From IMG/VR virus record IMGVR_UViG_3300025087_000054, positions 1-64,000 of that record: a stretch of 64,000 bases of DNA; one strand, 5' to 3'. Made by a program: the position numbers and the translations under genes. This stretch comes from a virus. Positions 17,450-28,293 of the stretch are shown here, one piece after another; positions within the stretch are counted from its first letter, which is position 1, and every line of letters begins with the position of its first letter. Below the pieces are notes generated by a model, which made no database searches, was not told the origin of the DNA, and was given only the letters and a program-made list of their open reading frames with translations.

Positions 17450-18088
17450 ATGTTAGGAGCTACTGTAAATGGGAGTACACAACGCATAGTATCGGATGTA
17501 TACACAGATAATATAGTGTCTTTTAAGTTTGGTATTGACCCATTAAAAAATAAGACATTACGTGCAGTTACCGAATATAGAACTAGGAGTATGCACTTAG
17601 GTAATATAGTGTACTGTAATATATTAGATATAAAAGTGGCCGATAGATTAACAAACGAGGATGATAGTAAAACTTATGTAGTTTTAGCTGTACCAGAACA
17701 TAAACGAGGATTGGGTAATCATATGGAGTTAGTTGTAAGACAGATAGCGTCAGATTTACACGAAACAGTTAATCGCAAAATATTATCAGTAACACAGACA
17801 TATTATGATCCTATATTATTAGAATATAGCGGTGCAAAAAGTTGGGAAGAGTCCGACTTATCTGTATTATTAGACCCGATTGAGCAGGCAAAAGAGCATT
17901 TTATTCAGATTGTTGAAGGGGGTAAATTAGATAAAGTCGATTATATTATGACAGTAGATTTACCAACAAGTATAGATGTGGGTGAAAAATTTGATTATAA
18001 AGATATTGAGTATGATGTCATGTGGGTTATACCACAACCTTTTCAGACATTGGTAGGCATAAAAAAATCAGTTACTAATTATTTTTAG
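17450..18088 (+). CDS. putative head closure protein (two repeated beta domains)
   Basis: Synteny; DIKVADRL..TY.V.AV..H..G..H.EL pattern. Confidence 0.5.
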   Translation: MLGATVNGSTQRIVSDVYTDNIVSFKFGIDPLKNKTLRAVTEYRTRSMHLGNIVYCNILDIKVADRLTNEDDSKTYVVLAVPEHKRGLGNHMELVVRQIASDLHETVNRKILSVTQTYYDPILLEYSGAKSWEESDLSVLLDPIEQAKEHFIQIVEGGKLDKVDYIMTVDLPTSIDVGEKFDYKDIEYDVMWVIPQPFQTLVGIKKSVTNYF

Positions 18089-18090
18089 TA

Positions 18091-18585
18091 ATGGCTAATT
18101 TTACGACATTTGGGCAGTTTGCCACATATTTAAGGGGTGTACAAAAATCTTTGCCTAAATTACAGGAGAGTGCTTTAGTGGCGATTGGTAAATATATTCG
18201 AGACACAATAAAAGCTAAGCACGGTGTGAAACAGTCTGGTTGGCCAAAAGGGATGTCAAAAACGCCACTGAAAAAAACAGGTGAATTGGCTGGGGCGGTT
18301 CAATATATTGCAACAAAAGAACAAGCCCGTATTTTTTCGACAAAATCTTGGTTGGCAATAATACATGAATACGGTATAACTATGCGTATGACAGATAAGC
18401 AACGAAAATACTTATTTGGTGTAGTATTAGCAGAGACTCCTTTGCCATCAGGTAAGCCTAAGTCAGGGTGGGGTACTGGCATGATTACAATACCAGCCAG
18501 ACCAATTTGGAGAACAATTTTACAGAAAGAACAAGGTAAGGTACAATCCATAGCAGATAGGTTTTTAACTCAATTATTTGTTTAA
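18091..18585 (+). CDS. tail completion / virion morphogenesis protein (Mu gpG / HK97 gp10-like)
   Basis: PLKKTGEL, AIIHEYG, IPARP motifs. Confidence 0.8.
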   Translation: MANFTTFGQFATYLRGVQKSLPKLQESALVAIGKYIRDTIKAKHGVKQSGWPKGMSKTPLKKTGELAGAVQYIATKEQARIFSTKSWLAIIHEYGITMRMTDKQRKYLFGVVLAETPLPSGKPKSGWGTGMITIPARPIWRTILQKEQGKVQSIADRFLTQLFV

Positions 18586-18586
18586 T

Positions 18587-19219
18587 ATGGCATTTGAATC
18601 TTGCCCAGAGGATCGGTTTATGTCTAATGTGCTAAAAACTTGGCTCATGTTATTACGTGAAGATACTGGTTTTAGTGGCGTGCATATTACGCCAAAATCG
18701 CCCGACGAAGATAAAGCATTTACTTTACCGTGTGTTGTACTAAAAAGAGTAGGTGAGGACTCATGGAATTTAGCCAGATTAAGTGGCTATTTTAGGGAAC
18801 AAGATAATGAGGAAGATACCACACAATTGGATGTATTACGAGGATATACGTATAGGGCTATGTATCAGTTTGATATTTTGGCAACAACTAACAATAAAAT
18901 TAATGAATTAAGCACGAAATTAAATAACATATTAAAATCTGGCGATGATTCAGATATATTTGTGGATGGGGAAGGACCAAAAATGACTGTAATAACATTA
19001 AAAGACTTTGCAGATTCAGGAAGTATAGATTATACTGAAACTGATCTTTTAATAAAATTTAAGTATTGGCGGGACGTATCGGGTAATGATGTTAAAACAT
19101 TTGATCCTGAATTACTGCAATACTCAATAAGTGTAGGTTTTTGGGTAGATTATTTGCAGGCAAATACTTACCCAAAACTTGCAAGTGTAGGATATACTGC
19201 TACACTAAGTGAGGAATAA
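18587..19219 (+). CDS. putative tail terminator
   Basis: LPCVVL, YQFDILA; directly before sheath. Confidence 0.6.
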   Translation: MAFESCPEDRFMSNVLKTWLMLLREDTGFSGVHITPKSPDEDKAFTLPCVVLKRVGEDSWNLARLSGYFREQDNEEDTTQLDVLRGYTYRAMYQFDILATTNNKINELSTKLNNILKSGDDSDIFVDGEGPKMTVITLKDFADSGSIDYTETDLLIKFKYWRDVSGNDVKTFDPELLQYSISVGFWVDYLQANTYPKLASVGYTATLSEE

Positions 19220-19265
19220 AATAATAAGATTATATATTTTTATTAAAATTTAATTTTTAACTAAT

Positions 19266-20618
19266 ATGACAAACGTAAAAGTGCCTCATATCTCGGTAAC
19301 TGAGACTGCTCAGTCATTACCAGTACCACAACGTAATCAGGTGGTAATAGGTATAATTGGTATATCTGAGACTGCGGGGGCGGATATTTTAAATATCGTT
19401 CAGGAGATTACATCAGTATCGCAGGCCGAAGGCATTTTTGGAGATAATACTGCTTATGATGCAGATTTAATTAAAATGATTAAAGTGGCTTTTGCGGAAG
19501 GGGCTAGTAAGATAAAAGCTGTTACTATAGGTATACCAACACGTGATGCATCTACGAGTAGTACTCAAGGTACTTTGACTGGTAATGTGGATGTTGGGGA
19601 TAATACTTTTGAGGTAGCGTTAGCTACTATATATGCAGATAATGATGTTATTTATGTAGGTACGGGATCAAGTTATAAGTATGAAGAAAGACATATTGTT
19701 AATGGAACACCAGCGTCGGGTACTACAGTTACGATAGACGGTACATTTGAGTTTGCTCATTATATAGGTGAGATGGCAAATGTAATTACTGAAAAAGCAT
19801 CGACAGATTATGCTACAGCAATTACAGCTATGGAAGAGGATGAAGAAAAAGCAATAGTTATTTGTCAGTTAAATGACGATACTACAGCAGGGTTAATCAA
19901 GACAATGTGTGATAATTCATTGTTAAACTTTAACACTCCTTGTGTATATATAAGGGCACCTGAATTTGCGGAAGCAGAATCGGACGTAAGAACAAATGCT
20001 ACAGCACATAACTCAAGTAGGATTTTATGTATGTGGCCAAGATTGATTGATTTTAACGGAAGAACATACCGACCAGGCGAAAATTCAGCGGCATTGGCGG
20101 GCGTAATTGCAAATAATAATTTGCCAAAATTAAATCATAATTTTAGCGAGTTTAGTACAGTTGGGGCAGTTACTGCAAAAATATCTAATATGGATACTGA
20201 TATATCTGCGGGGGTTACTCCAATACAGTTAAAATACGGTACTATACACATAGTAAGACTAGTTACAACTTATGTAACAAAAGATGGCGTGCCAGATACA
20301 ACATGGCAGGAAGGATCAGTTAGGTTGAATGTTGATTATATAATTAAAGATATAACATCAATGGTTCAGACTAAATTTATGCAAAAAGGTAATACTATTA
20401 CTACACGAAGAGCGATTAAAGAGGAAATAAAGGCAAGATTAGCTAAATTTGAATCGTCTGAAATATTAGTTGCAGATGAAAGAACAGGCACACCAGCATA
20501 TAAAGACCCTGTAGTGGTGCAGAATGCCGATGATGCTACACAAGCAGATGTATCAATCGAGTTAAGTCCAGGAAAACCATTAAACTTTATTACAGTAGCG
20601 TTTAATGTGTATTTATAA
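19266..20618 (+). CDS. tail sheath protein
   Basis: VPHISVTE N-terminus, AGVTPI...IVRLVTTY, LNFITVAFNV C-terminus. Confidence 0.88.
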   Translation: MTNVKVPHISVTETAQSLPVPQRNQVVIGIIGISETAGADILNIVQEITSVSQAEGIFGDNTAYDADLIKMIKVAFAEGASKIKAVTIGIPTRDASTSSTQGTLTGNVDVGDNTFEVALATIYADNDVIYVGTGSSYKYEERHIVNGTPASGTTVTIDGTFEFAHYIGEMANVITEKASTDYATAITAMEEDEEKAIVICQLNDDTTAGLIKTMCDNSLLNFNTPCVYIRAPEFAEAESDVRTNATAHNSSRILCMWPRLIDFNGRTYRPGENSAALAGVIANNNLPKLNHNFSEFSTVGAVTAKISNMDTDISAGVTPIQLKYGTIHIVRLVTTYVTKDGVPDTTWQEGSVRLNVDYIIKDITSMVQTKFMQKGNTITTRRAIKEEIKARLAKFESSEILVADERTGTPAYKDPVVVQNADDATQADVSIELSPGKPLNFITVAFNVYL

Positions 20619-20662
20619 GATTTATAAATACTTTAACTTTTATTATTTAAAATTATAAAATT

Positions 20663-21091
20663 ATGGCAGACGAAGTCTCAAAAGCAAATAACCAAGATGC
20701 TGTTAGCATTGCGGAATGTTCCATCGTTTTGGATGGAGTAACACTTGGGTACATGACAAGTCTTACAGTTGATGGTAGGGCTCCTGAGGATATAATTAAT
20801 TGTTTTGGCGGTACTTTAAGACGAAGGAAACCAGAGACAGTTGAATGGTCATCAGACGGAGTTGTGTTATACGACAACTTAAAAATGCTGAATGCATTAC
20901 GTAATGGCGATTTGTTTCAGATTGTTGTTACAACAGCAAACCCAGACATTACTCAGACAGCTAATTTAGGGCAGATAATGACTGTATATAACTGTAGAGT
21001 GAATGACCATAATGTTACGTTGAATGATAGTTCAACATTTAAGATGAATGGTAGAGCAGATAATTGGGATGTTGAAACAATAGAGTCATAA
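20663..21091 (+). CDS. tail tube protein
   Basis: 142 aa beta protein directly after sheath. Confidence 0.75.
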   Translation: MADEVSKANNQDAVSIAECSIVLDGVTLGYMTSLTVDGRAPEDIINCFGGTLRRRKPETVEWSSDGVVLYDNLKMLNALRNGDLFQIVVTTANPDITQTANLGQIMTVYNCRVNDHNVTLNDSSTFKMNGRADNWDVETIES

Positions 21092-21096
21092 AATAG

Positions 21097-21150
21097 ATAA
21101 AGGGGGTGTAACTTAAAATGCTATTTTAAGTGTTAGCCCCCTTTATTTTT
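21097..21150 (+). terminator. long hairpin terminator
   Basis: ATAAAGGGGG...ACTTAAAAT/ATTTTAAGT...CCCCCTTTAT-TTTT. Confidence 0.8.
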
Positions 21151-21172
21151 GCAATTATAAAATTATACAAAT

Positions 21173-21793
21173 ATGGAAATACGAAAGCAATTTAAGTATG
21201 AGATGGCTCATATAGTACGGGGAGCTTGGACACGTAGATGTTCAGTAAATTTACACGGACATAGTTATATATCGGAAATACTGATAAAAGGTAGTACATT
21301 AGACGCAGGGCAAATGCTTATTGATTTTGGGTTAGTAAAATTATGGATGAATGATTTTATGGATAGTTTTGATCATACTATTATGCTATATAATATAGAA
21401 CAAGATGCCGATTTAATTGAACTAGCAATTAAAAAATTTGAGAGGGTGATTGTATCTCCGTTTAATACGACAGCGGAAATGCAGGCGGCTTTTCAGGCAT
21501 TTGTTATAAAAAGGTTAATAGATAGTCATATAAAACAAAATGATGAGGCTAATGGTGCTATTTATCCAGACGCAGTTAAGGTACGATTACATGAGACAAC
21601 GACTGGTTATGCACAGGCTGGTTCAGATGAGTTTTTTATTAATTATCCACATCAAGTACCATTTAAGGTTTGTACGCCTGTCTTATTAAACGAAATACTA
21701 GAGCATAAAGATATTTTTTGGATGAGTGAGGGTATTGCATCAGAATGGAAAAATAAAGATTGTTGGTTGGAAAGTTACAATAAAATTATTTAA
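21173..21793 (+). CDS. queD: 6-carboxytetrahydropterin synthase (QueD/PTPS family)
   Basis: AH, C...LHGHSY, IDFG..K, FDH, TAE, LHET motifs. Confidence 0.9.
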   Translation: MEIRKQFKYEMAHIVRGAWTRRCSVNLHGHSYISEILIKGSTLDAGQMLIDFGLVKLWMNDFMDSFDHTIMLYNIEQDADLIELAIKKFERVIVSPFNTTAEMQAAFQAFVIKRLIDSHIKQNDEANGAIYPDAVKVRLHETTTGYAQAGSDEFFINYPHQVPFKVCTPVLLNEILEHKDIFWMSEGIASEWKNKDCWLESYNKII

Positions 21794-21805
21794 TTATTTA
21801 ATTAT

Positions 21806-22507
21806 ATGTCAAAATCATTTAAAGATTTACGGCCAGTTAAGGACGAATCGGGTAATTTAAAACTTGATTTGTTACGCAAGGCTGGAGTCGCCGCTAAGGT
21901 AATAACGTTTCCGAATACAGATGTTGAATGTGTTATGCGAGTTTTAACTAAATCCGAGGTATTAACAGCTCAAGATGAAGCGGCTCGAAAAGTTGAACAA
22001 CAATGTAAAAGTACGACACAGCAATCAGAACTGATAGATAATTTTTTTCAGTATGAGGTATTTTATCGGGCATTAAGAACCATGCCTGATGGTAAAGGAT
22101 TAAGGGAGGTTGACCCGAAAGAATTGCCACATTTTTTCAGTTCAGCAGAGGAGGTCGGGGAATGTACCGCGGATGAGTGCGTTGAATTATTTAATGAGTA
22201 TACTAATATTCAGAAACATTATGCAGGTATACCAGATTTGGATACGCCAGAACAATTTGAAACATTTATTGAGGAACTAAAAAAAAACTCAGCAACTGGG
22301 AATTATTTAAGTTCACACATATTGAAAAAGCTCGTTCGATTTTTAATCGCGAATATGACAATATCACAGACGGAGAATGGCTCTACATCTATGTTTGCGA
22401 CAGTAAAGCAAAAGAACTTGAAAAACAAGCCTATGAGAAAGCAGGGGCTGGAGCTCAAGGAGGAGCTGGAGGAGGAGTTAGTCTTAAATCAAGAAAAAAG
22501 TTTGTAG
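21806..22507 (+). CDS. tail assembly chaperone (zero-frame product)
   Basis: Before tape measure; EELKKN slippery site. Confidence 0.75.
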   Translation: MSKSFKDLRPVKDESGNLKLDLLRKAGVAAKVITFPNTDVECVMRVLTKSEVLTAQDEAARKVEQQCKSTTQQSELIDNFFQYEVFYRALRTMPDGKGLREVDPKELPHFFSSAEEVGECTADECVELFNEYTNIQKHYAGIPDLDTPEQFETFIEELKKNSATGNYLSSHILKKLVRFLIANMTISQTENGSTSMFATVKQKNLKNKPMRKQGLELKEELEEELVLNQEKSL

Positions 22508-22608
22508 ATCCGAATTGGAGTGATAAAATAAAGATGGTAAAATCAGGTATACAGCCTGAAAATACTTTATTGAATAAATTAAAAAATAAAAAGTATGGCC
22601 ACCAGTAA
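22279..22608 (+). CDS. -1 frameshift extension of tail assembly chaperone
   Basis: A9C run (A AAA AAC at 22282-22288); -1 frame open ~107 codons (LSNWELFKFTH...KYGHQ) to TAA 22608 overlapping tape measure start. Confidence 0.8.
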   Translation, partial: KKKLSNWELFKFTHIEKARSIFNREYDNITDGEWLYIYVCDSKAKELEKQAYEKAGAGAQGGAGGGVSLKSRKKFVDPNWSDKIKMVKSGIQPENTLLNKLKNKKYGHQ

Positions 22609-25600
22609 ACAACTTGAATTGTCAGTTACCTTAAAGGGTACACAGGCACGAATGGCCTTGGACGGTATTATTGCTTCGACTGAAAAAGCCCATGGCAAAA
22701 TGGGACAGTTACAAGGGCAAGCTACTGTTACGGGTACTTTGATGGGTAAAGCTTTTAGTAGTGTTAACGGTATTTTATCAGATTCGGTTAAGCAGGCGGC
22801 AAATATGGCAAAGTATATGATGACTATTGCTACTATAACTGGCGGTATTTGGCTAAGGCAATCAATAAGGGATTTGGTTGAATTTGAAACACGATTTAGT
22901 TTAATGAATGCCACATTACGAGCGAAATTGCCGTCAACATTAAATTATTTACGAGATGAGATAATGCAATTATCCAGTAGTACTGGTAAGAGTATAATAG
23001 ATATTACAGATACAATGACACAATTTTTTGGAGCGGGTTTAAAACCGACCGCAAAAGAAGGTACTTTTGCATATCAAAAACAGTTAAATGATGCAATGAA
23101 AATACAGGAGTTATTATCAAATAGTGCATTGGCAACGGGCGAAAGTACTGAAAATATGATGGAGGCGTACATATATGCCGCTAATGCTTTAGGTCGCGAT
23201 TCAAAACAGTTTGAGACAGCTAGGTATATAATGTCATTATTTGGATCAACATTGGATCAAGGTATTGGTTGGATGAAAGAATATGGTACTCAGTTCGTTA
23301 AATTTACAATGGAAGCAAAACAGGCGGGATTGAGTGATGCGGAGATGTTTGCTACATTTGCTAAGATGACAAGAGTAATGACTCCAGAGGTGGCTGGATT
23401 TACTATGTCAGCTTTTATGCGGGGCATGAATGATTTGCCAAGGCAAGCTCAAAGAGCGGCCTTAAAAGTACAAGATATAATGAAAAGTACTAATCTTACT
23501 GGTGATCAGCGTAAATTAGTTCGGCAGTTTGATACAAGAGAGGAATGGGAAAATATATTTTTTGCAACAAACGAAAAAGGTGAAAAAGTTAAAAAAAGTT
23601 ACCGAGCATTAATGGCAGATTTACAAAAAATAGTTACGGTAGTTCCAAACAATACCGCATTATTTGATGTATTGTTTCAGGGATTATCTAACAATAGGGT
23701 AGCTAAACGAGGAATGCAGTTATTATTGGAGGACTCGGGATTTACAGACTTATTTGGTGAAAATGGATTGGTTGATTTAGTAGATAAAGATTTATTGGAC
23801 GGTACTATAATGATGGAAAAAATAGCAGGTATGCAAGAATCTTTCGGAACTAAATGGACAAAAATGTGGGCGGCAGTTAAAACTGAAACTTTAAAAGTTA
23901 CCCATGCGTTAAGTCCAGCATTATCCGCTTTTGCTTCGGTTGTGCATAGTAAATTAACTGGGGAGGGAATAGATAATAAAAGTTTAGCGGCTTATTTTGG
24001 TAATGCCAGGGCGGAGATTGAAAAAATAGCACCATCATTAGAACCCGTAATAGATGGTATTGAAAAAATGACTTATTATATTGCATCGGGACAGTTTAAG
24101 CGAGAACTTAATTATGTTAAAGGATTTGTTGGTGAGCTATACTCATTATCAATAGCCATGAAAGAGATATTTATGGGATTTTGGAACTCGCCACCAATGG
24201 TTTGGTTAAGAGAAAAATTGCAGGGACAGGAGGTACTAAGTTTAGCATTAACATTGGTCGGGTATAATGCGGCTAAACATATGTTAATGGGTCTAGGTAC
24301 ATTATTCGGCACATCATTATTATCAGGAATAATAGGCAGTGAGATGGCGGGGGCATTATTAGGTAAAACATGGGCGACAAATGCGTTAGGATTAATGACA
24401 ACAGGTGGATTGGCCGCTACAAAATGGGGTGCTGTGGGTAAAATACTAACATCGGCATCTATTTGGGCGGTAGTGGCCGCTATTATTGCTGGTGGTATTA
24501 AAATGTATATGGAGGGCAGAGAGAATAAACGTGATAAAGCCGTTGAGGATCAAATAGCAAGTGGCGAATTACACACACGAGTAAAAATGGTATCAAAAGG
24601 CACAATAGCTGGGTTACAAGATGATAAATTAATAGGGCAATTGAATGAATCATTAGATAAAAAAATGGATTTTAATAGAGTAGATTATGCAGGTCAACAA
24701 AAATTAGCTCAAATATTAGCACCAGGTAAATTAAAATATAATATACCAAGAGAGTGGAATAAGTTGGGGATACATAAGGATATGAGTGAGATAACGGGCG
24801 GGGATATGTCGCCTAATCAGTTAATAGATAGATACGGAGAGGATATGGCATTAAGTATAATTGGCACATTAAAAGAATATGCTAGTTCGCAGTATGATAC
24901 TGGGTTATTTAGTGCTTTGACTGGGCAAATGGTAGATGAGGGCACAAATTTAGCTGTCGGCACGGGCGTATCGGAATTAATCAACTCGTTAAAATTATTA
25001 AATGATATATCGTTAGGTAATACGAGTAGTGTTTTAAAATTACAACAAGCCTATGATTTATTTACGGGAGCAATTTCAGCTGGCGATATGCCAAAAGCCA
25101 CCGAAGCCTTGAAGGAGTTTAATAAATTAAAGTTTTATGTAGACCCATATAAAAATACGGATCTAATAACTAGTCTACAAGAAAGTATTGCTGTGCAGTT
25201 AAATACAACGACTACGGAATTGAATGACGTGAATAATCAATTAGCGGGCATTAATTTTGATAGTGCTTTATCAGGAAAAGAACCAGATAAAGAGGCGGAA
25301 GCTTTATACGAAAAACAAGGTAAATTACAAACTATGCTAGATGAACTTAATAAAACACAAAGCTTTTTTGATACAGAGGATATGGGCAAATTGAGAGAGG
25401 CAACACAATTATCTAATGAGGAGTTAAGTAATATTAATTTAGGTATTGCAGGTATGAAACGGGCAATAGAGACAAATAAGTTAAGTTTTACGCCTACGAT
25501 ACAAGTAACACTTAATGTAGATGGTAAGAGTATGTGGAGTAATGCTGATTCGCCCGCTTCGGCTAATTATACAGGACCAGGAGGATTATATACTCCGTTT

Positions 25601-25648
25601 GCAGATAATAATCAGATTTTAAATGCTAATTTTACTCCAGCATATTAA
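22595..25648 (+). CDS. tape measure protein
   Basis: 1017 aa helical, TP901-like core, hydrophobic middle. Confidence 0.88.
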   Translation: MATSKQLELSVTLKGTQARMALDGIIASTEKAHGKMGQLQGQATVTGTLMGKAFSSVNGILSDSVKQAANMAKYMMTIATITGGIWLRQSIRDLVEFETRFSLMNATLRAKLPSTLNYLRDEIMQLSSSTGKSIIDITDTMTQFFGAGLKPTAKEGTFAYQKQLNDAMKIQELLSNSALATGESTENMMEAYIYAANALGRDSKQFETARYIMSLFGSTLDQGIGWMKEYGTQFVKFTMEAKQAGLSDAEMFATFAKMTRVMTPEVAGFTMSAFMRGMNDLPRQAQRAALKVQDIMKSTNLTGDQRKLVRQFDTREEWENIFFATNEKGEKVKKSYRALMADLQKIVTVVPNNTALFDVLFQGLSNNRVAKRGMQLLLEDSGFTDLFGENGLVDLVDKDLLDGTIMMEKIAGMQESFGTKWTKMWAAVKTETLKVTHALSPALSAFASVVHSKLTGEGIDNKSLAAYFGNARAEIEKIAPSLEPVIDGIEKMTYYIASGQFKRELNYVKGFVGELYSLSIAMKEIFMGFWNSPPMVWLREKLQGQEVLSLALTLVGYNAAKHMLMGLGTLFGTSLLSGIIGSEMAGALLGKTWATNALGLMTTGGLAATKWGAVGKILTSASIWAVVAAIIAGGIKMYMEGRENKRDKAVEDQIASGELHTRVKMVSKGTIAGLQDDKLIGQLNESLDKKMDFNRVDYAGQQKLAQILAPGKLKYNIPREWNKLGIHKDMSEITGGDMSPNQLIDRYGEDMALSIIGTLKEYASSQYDTGLFSALTGQMVDEGTNLAVGTGVSELINSLKLLNDISLGNTSSVLKLQQAYDLFTGAISAGDMPKATEALKEFNKLKFYVDPYKNTDLITSLQESIAVQLNTTTTELNDVNNQLAGINFDSALSGKEPDKEAEALYEKQGKLQTMLDELNKTQSFFDTEDMGKLREATQLSNEELSNINLGIAGMKRAIETNKLSFTPTIQVTLNVDGKSMWSNADSPASANYTGPGGLYTPFADNNQILNANFTPAY

Positions 25649-25656
25649 TTTAAACT

Positions 25657-26691
25657 ATGATAAAAAAACATAAAAAAATGTATATACGGTATAAGGGATT
25701 TGAGTTCCCAATATCAGTCAAAACTTTTTCGATGGATGAACAAGCTAAAGTAGCAACGTATGAGTATGCGGGGCGAAATGGGGCAGAACACGAAAGAGTA
25801 TTAAACTATCGTATATTTAGGATAACGGGTATATTTACGAGATCATCGGGTACTGAATCACCAAGGGCGTATATTAATAGACTTAGATTACTTAATGATA
25901 ATGAGCCAGGAGAATTGTTTCATCCAGATTTCGGGGCGTTTCAATGTATAATACAAAAGTTATCTATATCACAAAATGCCGATGAGTTTGAGACGGATGG
26001 TAATAGCTCAGTAAAAGATGATGAGGGTATAGTAAATTATCTGTTTGAGATGGAGTTATGGGAGCATACTGATCCAAGTTCAGCAACAATAACAGATTTT
26101 TTAAAAAAATTATTCCCAGCGTCAGTGGCTAAACCCCCATCAGATGATTATGCTACAAGATTAAAATACCCAACAGTTGCTTTATTATTCCGAGCAATAA
26201 AATTAGGTAAAATAGTTCCAGGTACTGATCCAATACGTAATGCCGAATGGTTAAGATATGATTATGATTTTAGGGCGGAAGCATACGCTTTATGGTTAGA
26301 TTATTTGGAAAATGGTGATACTACAGCAACAACTATTGAGACGAGTAACCAAAGAACCTATACAGTTCAGCCAGGTGATATGGGATTGACTATTGCATAC
26401 AAATTTTCAGTTGCTTTTACAGACTTATTTGAGTTAAATAGGGGACAAAAAGTACGCACGATCGCTAAAGGTAGTGAGGGTTTGTATTGGAAAAGTGCCA
26501 ATTTATTGTATGTGGGAGATATATTATTATTGCCAGATAAAGCGATAGCCCCAAAAATAACTCGCAGTATACCAGCAAGTGCTTCGACTACTAACGAAGA
26601 AAAAACTAAACAAGATAAGTATAAAGATGAGTTAAATTACACGCCAGCTGAGTGGGATGATTGGTATGGTGGCGTTTGTTGGGAATATTAA
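25657..26691 (+). CDS. tail tube initiator / Mu gpN-like protein with LysM
   Basis: YEYAGRNG..E, GELFHPDFG; LysM YTVQPGD...LYVGDILLLP. Confidence 0.8.
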   Translation: MIKKHKKMYIRYKGFEFPISVKTFSMDEQAKVATYEYAGRNGAEHERVLNYRIFRITGIFTRSSGTESPRAYINRLRLLNDNEPGELFHPDFGAFQCIIQKLSISQNADEFETDGNSSVKDDEGIVNYLFEMELWEHTDPSSATITDFLKKLFPASVAKPPSDDYATRLKYPTVALLFRAIKLGKIVPGTDPIRNAEWLRYDYDFRAEAYALWLDYLENGDTTATTIETSNQRTYTVQPGDMGLTIAYKFSVAFTDLFELNRGQKVRTIAKGSEGLYWKSANLLYVGDILLLPDKAIAPKITRSIPASASTTNEEKTKQDKYKDELNYTPAEWDDWYGGVCWEY

Positions 26692-26703
26692 TAATAAACT
26701 AGT

Positions 26704-27771
26704 ATGAATATAGATAAACAATTAGGATTAGATATAGTTATTAATGGCAAGCAGGAATTACAGTTTAGTTCCTTAACAATTAATAGGACAGTATCACAGT
26801 TTGTAGACACATTTGACGTGAATATGGCCAATTCGGGTGGGAGTAAGTCAACTACGATACCGATAGGGTGTATACTAAATGCTTATAAAGATGGTATTGA
26901 GATATTTAGGGGATTGGTTGAGGATAAAAAAACTACTTGGAATAATATAGGTAGCACAATGACATTAAGTGGACGAGAGGAATTGGTATATTTAACTGAG
27001 GATGATATAACCCCGACTTTAGGACCGTTTAAAGGAGTAACTGATAACTCAATACTTGAATTAGTATTTGCGGATTTTAATTGGGATTTGGAGCTAGGTG
27101 AGGGGGTAATTATTAAAGAATATGCCATTCAGTCGGGTAGCGTACGAAAAGGACAAGTAGTGGACGATATATTAAAATACAATGATTTTATTTTAATTAA
27201 AAAGGGATTGACCATACGTAAAACAAAGTTACCAATAAGTTTTGATTCGGCAAAAGTTAAAGATAAAATAACTATTACACAAGTAGATGGTCAATTTAGT
27301 ATACATAATCAAAGGATTGAAAAAATACAAGTCAATGAGAGTATATCAGGTGTGCGTAATAAAATTACGGGATATACTTATGCAAGCTCAAAGGCTAAAC
27401 TACAGGTTAAGATGGAAAAGGAAAATGCTAGTTTAACGGGTGGTGATTATGCACAAAGGTTACGAAATAAATCTGATTTGCAAGGGCAACCTATTAGCAG
27501 ACATAGATATGTAACGACTCCAGCTAAAGATGCGGGCGAGCTTACGGGGCAAGTAACACGTTTATTGAAAGAATCTGATATAGTGGCTAGTATTGAGTTA
27601 GCAGTATATGGAGTGGCCGATTATGATTTATTGGATATATTAGATATAAGATTTGAGCAAGAAAAAATATTGCAATATATGTATATAGATACTTTGACAT
27701 ATAATTTTGATAGTAAAAATAAAACTACGACTACTATATTAGTAAAACCGTTTCCAGTAATTAATAATTAA
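26704..27771 (+). CDS. baseplate hub (Mu gp44-like)
   Basis: IFRG.VE, LSGRE pattern; synteny. Confidence 0.75.
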   Translation: MNIDKQLGLDIVINGKQELQFSSLTINRTVSQFVDTFDVNMANSGGSKSTTIPIGCILNAYKDGIEIFRGLVEDKKTTWNNIGSTMTLSGREELVYLTEDDITPTLGPFKGVTDNSILELVFADFNWDLELGEGVIIKEYAIQSGSVRKGQVVDDILKYNDFILIKKGLTIRKTKLPISFDSAKVKDKITITQVDGQFSIHNQRIEKIQVNESISGVRNKITGYTYASSKAKLQVKMEKENASLTGGDYAQRLRNKSDLQGQPISRHRYVTTPAKDAGELTGQVTRLLKESDIVASIELAVYGVADYDLLDILDIRFEQEKILQYMYIDTLTYNFDSKNKTTTTILVKPFPVINN

Positions 27772-27776
27772 TTTAT

Positions 27777-28274
27777 ATGAAAACACTTGAATATGGGATA
27801 GTAACGTCAGTACTAAAAGATGATGATAAAGGAGCACAGTTATGTCATGTCAAAGGACAGCTTACAGATAGAGAATATAAATTTTGTGAGGTGATGACAC
27901 CAAGGGGTATAAGTAGTTTACCAAAGGCTGGCGATACTGTAATAGTATGCGAACTACATAATGCTGAAATTGTAATTTTAAATGTATTAGAACAGTATGA
28001 TTTAAGTTTGGAGGCTGGGGAAGTGTTATTACACTATGGGACAATAGTTCAGGAAGGGCAAATCAAAAAATACAGGCCGTCAGCAAAAATTAAACTGAAT
28101 AAGGATAATGCGATTGAGATGGTTACAGGTACTTATACTGGCAATGTATTTACGCAACAAAATCGAATTTTATTGGAAACAACTGGTAAGATAACTATTG
28201 AAGGCACTAATGATATTTTAATTTGTTCGGATACTAAAATATCATTAGACGCACCAATAGTTGAGGTAATATAA
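27777..28274 (+). CDS. baseplate spike (Mu gp45 / P2 gpV-like)
   Basis: P.GISSLPK.GD.VIV, L.AGEV.LH. Confidence 0.8.
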   Translation: MKTLEYGIVTSVLKDDDKGAQLCHVKGQLTDREYKFCEVMTPRGISSLPKAGDTVIVCELHNAEIVILNVLEQYDLSLEAGEVLLHYGTIVQEGQIKKYRPSAKIKLNKDNAIEMVTGTYTGNVFTQQNRILLETTGKITIEGTNDILICSDTKISLDAPIVEVI

Positions 28275-28293
28275 AAAATAATGTAAATTAATT

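Noticed and set aside
21092-21172. preQ1 riboswitch upstream of queD
   Set aside because: No preQ1 loop consensus or matching A-rich tail; fits a terminator hairpin
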